DNA of 64,000 bases. Origin: the human T2T-CHM13v2.0 reference genome, Homo sapiens. Location of the stretch: the NCBI RefSeq assembly GCF_009914755.1, contig NC_060930.1; one strand, 5' to 3'. Below the pieces are notes generated by a model. That model was not told the DNA's origin. It made no database searches and saw only the letters and a list, made by a program, of their open reading frames with translations. Each line of letters opens with the position of its first letter. Position 1 is the first letter of the stretch. A program made the position numbers and the translations under genes. Positions 62,553 to 64,000 of the stretch are shown here, piece by piece.

Positions 62553-62926
<374 letters not shown>

Positions 62927-64000
62927 AGTGCTTAATCTTAAGCAACAGACCTTACGCAATTTTGTTTTAGTATCATGAACACAAGAATCTGTTTGTTTTT
63001 GTTTTTGTTTTGTTGTTGTTGTTGTTTTTGACAAAGTGGTTTGAAGAGGCATTGGGGAAGGAAGCAAGATACTCACAACTGAGGGGACCTCAGCCATTTG
63101 CCTCCTTATTTCAGAGCATTGTGAGATGACGGTAAGGAGGAGGGCTCACAAGGGGCTCGTGTCTGCCTCTCCGTCTGCCGCTGAGTGACGCAGAGCAAAC
63201 TGCAGAGCTGGAGACACAGCAGTATCCCAGAGAACTGGCCTGATGGCTCCTCCTGGGCCACGCACCTCCTGTCAGAGCTGGCCAGTTAGCGTTGGCAGAC
63301 AACCTAGTTAGGACAAGGACATAGAATCAGAGTGGCTGACACAAGAGAGCTCCTCACTGTGACAGCAACTCAAACTTCTGGGGCTCCAGAAAGGAAATAG
63401 ATGTTTGGAAACAGATATGACAAAAGGCCTTTCCCTTCAACTGCTCAGCATGTGAGACTGAATTTTGGAAGATTAAAAAAAATAAAATAAAAAGAACCAT
63501 TGTTCATCCCCTCAGGGCTCAGCAAGTGTTTTATCACATTTTTATGAAATATAGTCTTCGCCGCAGAGCTTTGTTTGCATGAGGGTGTGTCCCATCCATG
63601 GGTGGAAAATTTCCATAACTTTTTTCCATTCTGTTCTGTTCCTCCCTCTTTTGTACAGTTTTTCAGGGTCTCTGTCCATTGTGATTCTAACATGGACCAA
63701 CCCTAAGGACCAATGTTATTTGCTATTTTAAAACTTGAAAGATCAAAATGGCAGGGGAAGAAATCAGAATCCTTTTAGTGCCAATTACTCGCCAAATGTC
63801 TGTATGAAGAGCCAACGTGACACCTTTCTTACTTAATTCATCCACCAGTGACATTTGTTAAATGATTATTCAGCCAATACTATGTCAAAGAATACCATAT
63901 ACTTTAAAAAATCCTTTAATTCAGCAAATCAGCTGATATGAGTGATTTTGTTCCTAAAAAGGTTGGTGTGTTTAAATCTCTTTCCCACTTGCAGTCTTCC

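Overview
Primate genomic DNA, almost certainly human because it holds an AluYa5 with all five diagnostic bases. It looks non-coding (intergenic or deep intronic). I find no supportable protein-coding gene, RNA gene, CpG island or CRISPR array. The supplied ORFs are mostly Alu, L1 or microsatellite read-through, and the rest are short ORFs with no recognisable product. Roughly half the window is interspersed repeat: about 38 Alu elements or fragments, an ~11 kb block of two old L1M elements with nested younger insertions (16.3-27.1 kb), MaLR and MER21 LTRs, hAT DNA transposons (MER5, MER58, Charlie1), MIR and L2. The most interesting signals are: (i) a repeat-free 5' segment with six CAGCTG E-boxes, STAT-type sites, a candidate recursive splice site and a candidate 48-nt exon; (ii) an Alu carrying 66 nt of foreign 5' sequence inside its TSDs; (iii) an old Alu monomer hit twice by oppositely oriented Alus; (iv) a very young AluYa5; (v) an 18/23-bp minisatellite and several non-B-DNA-prone tracts; (vi) several motif-dense enhancer candidates. 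I could not identify the locus and do not see a convincing novel biological system. Repeat boundaries are by eye (+/- tens of bp) and subfamily names come from recalled consensus sequences.
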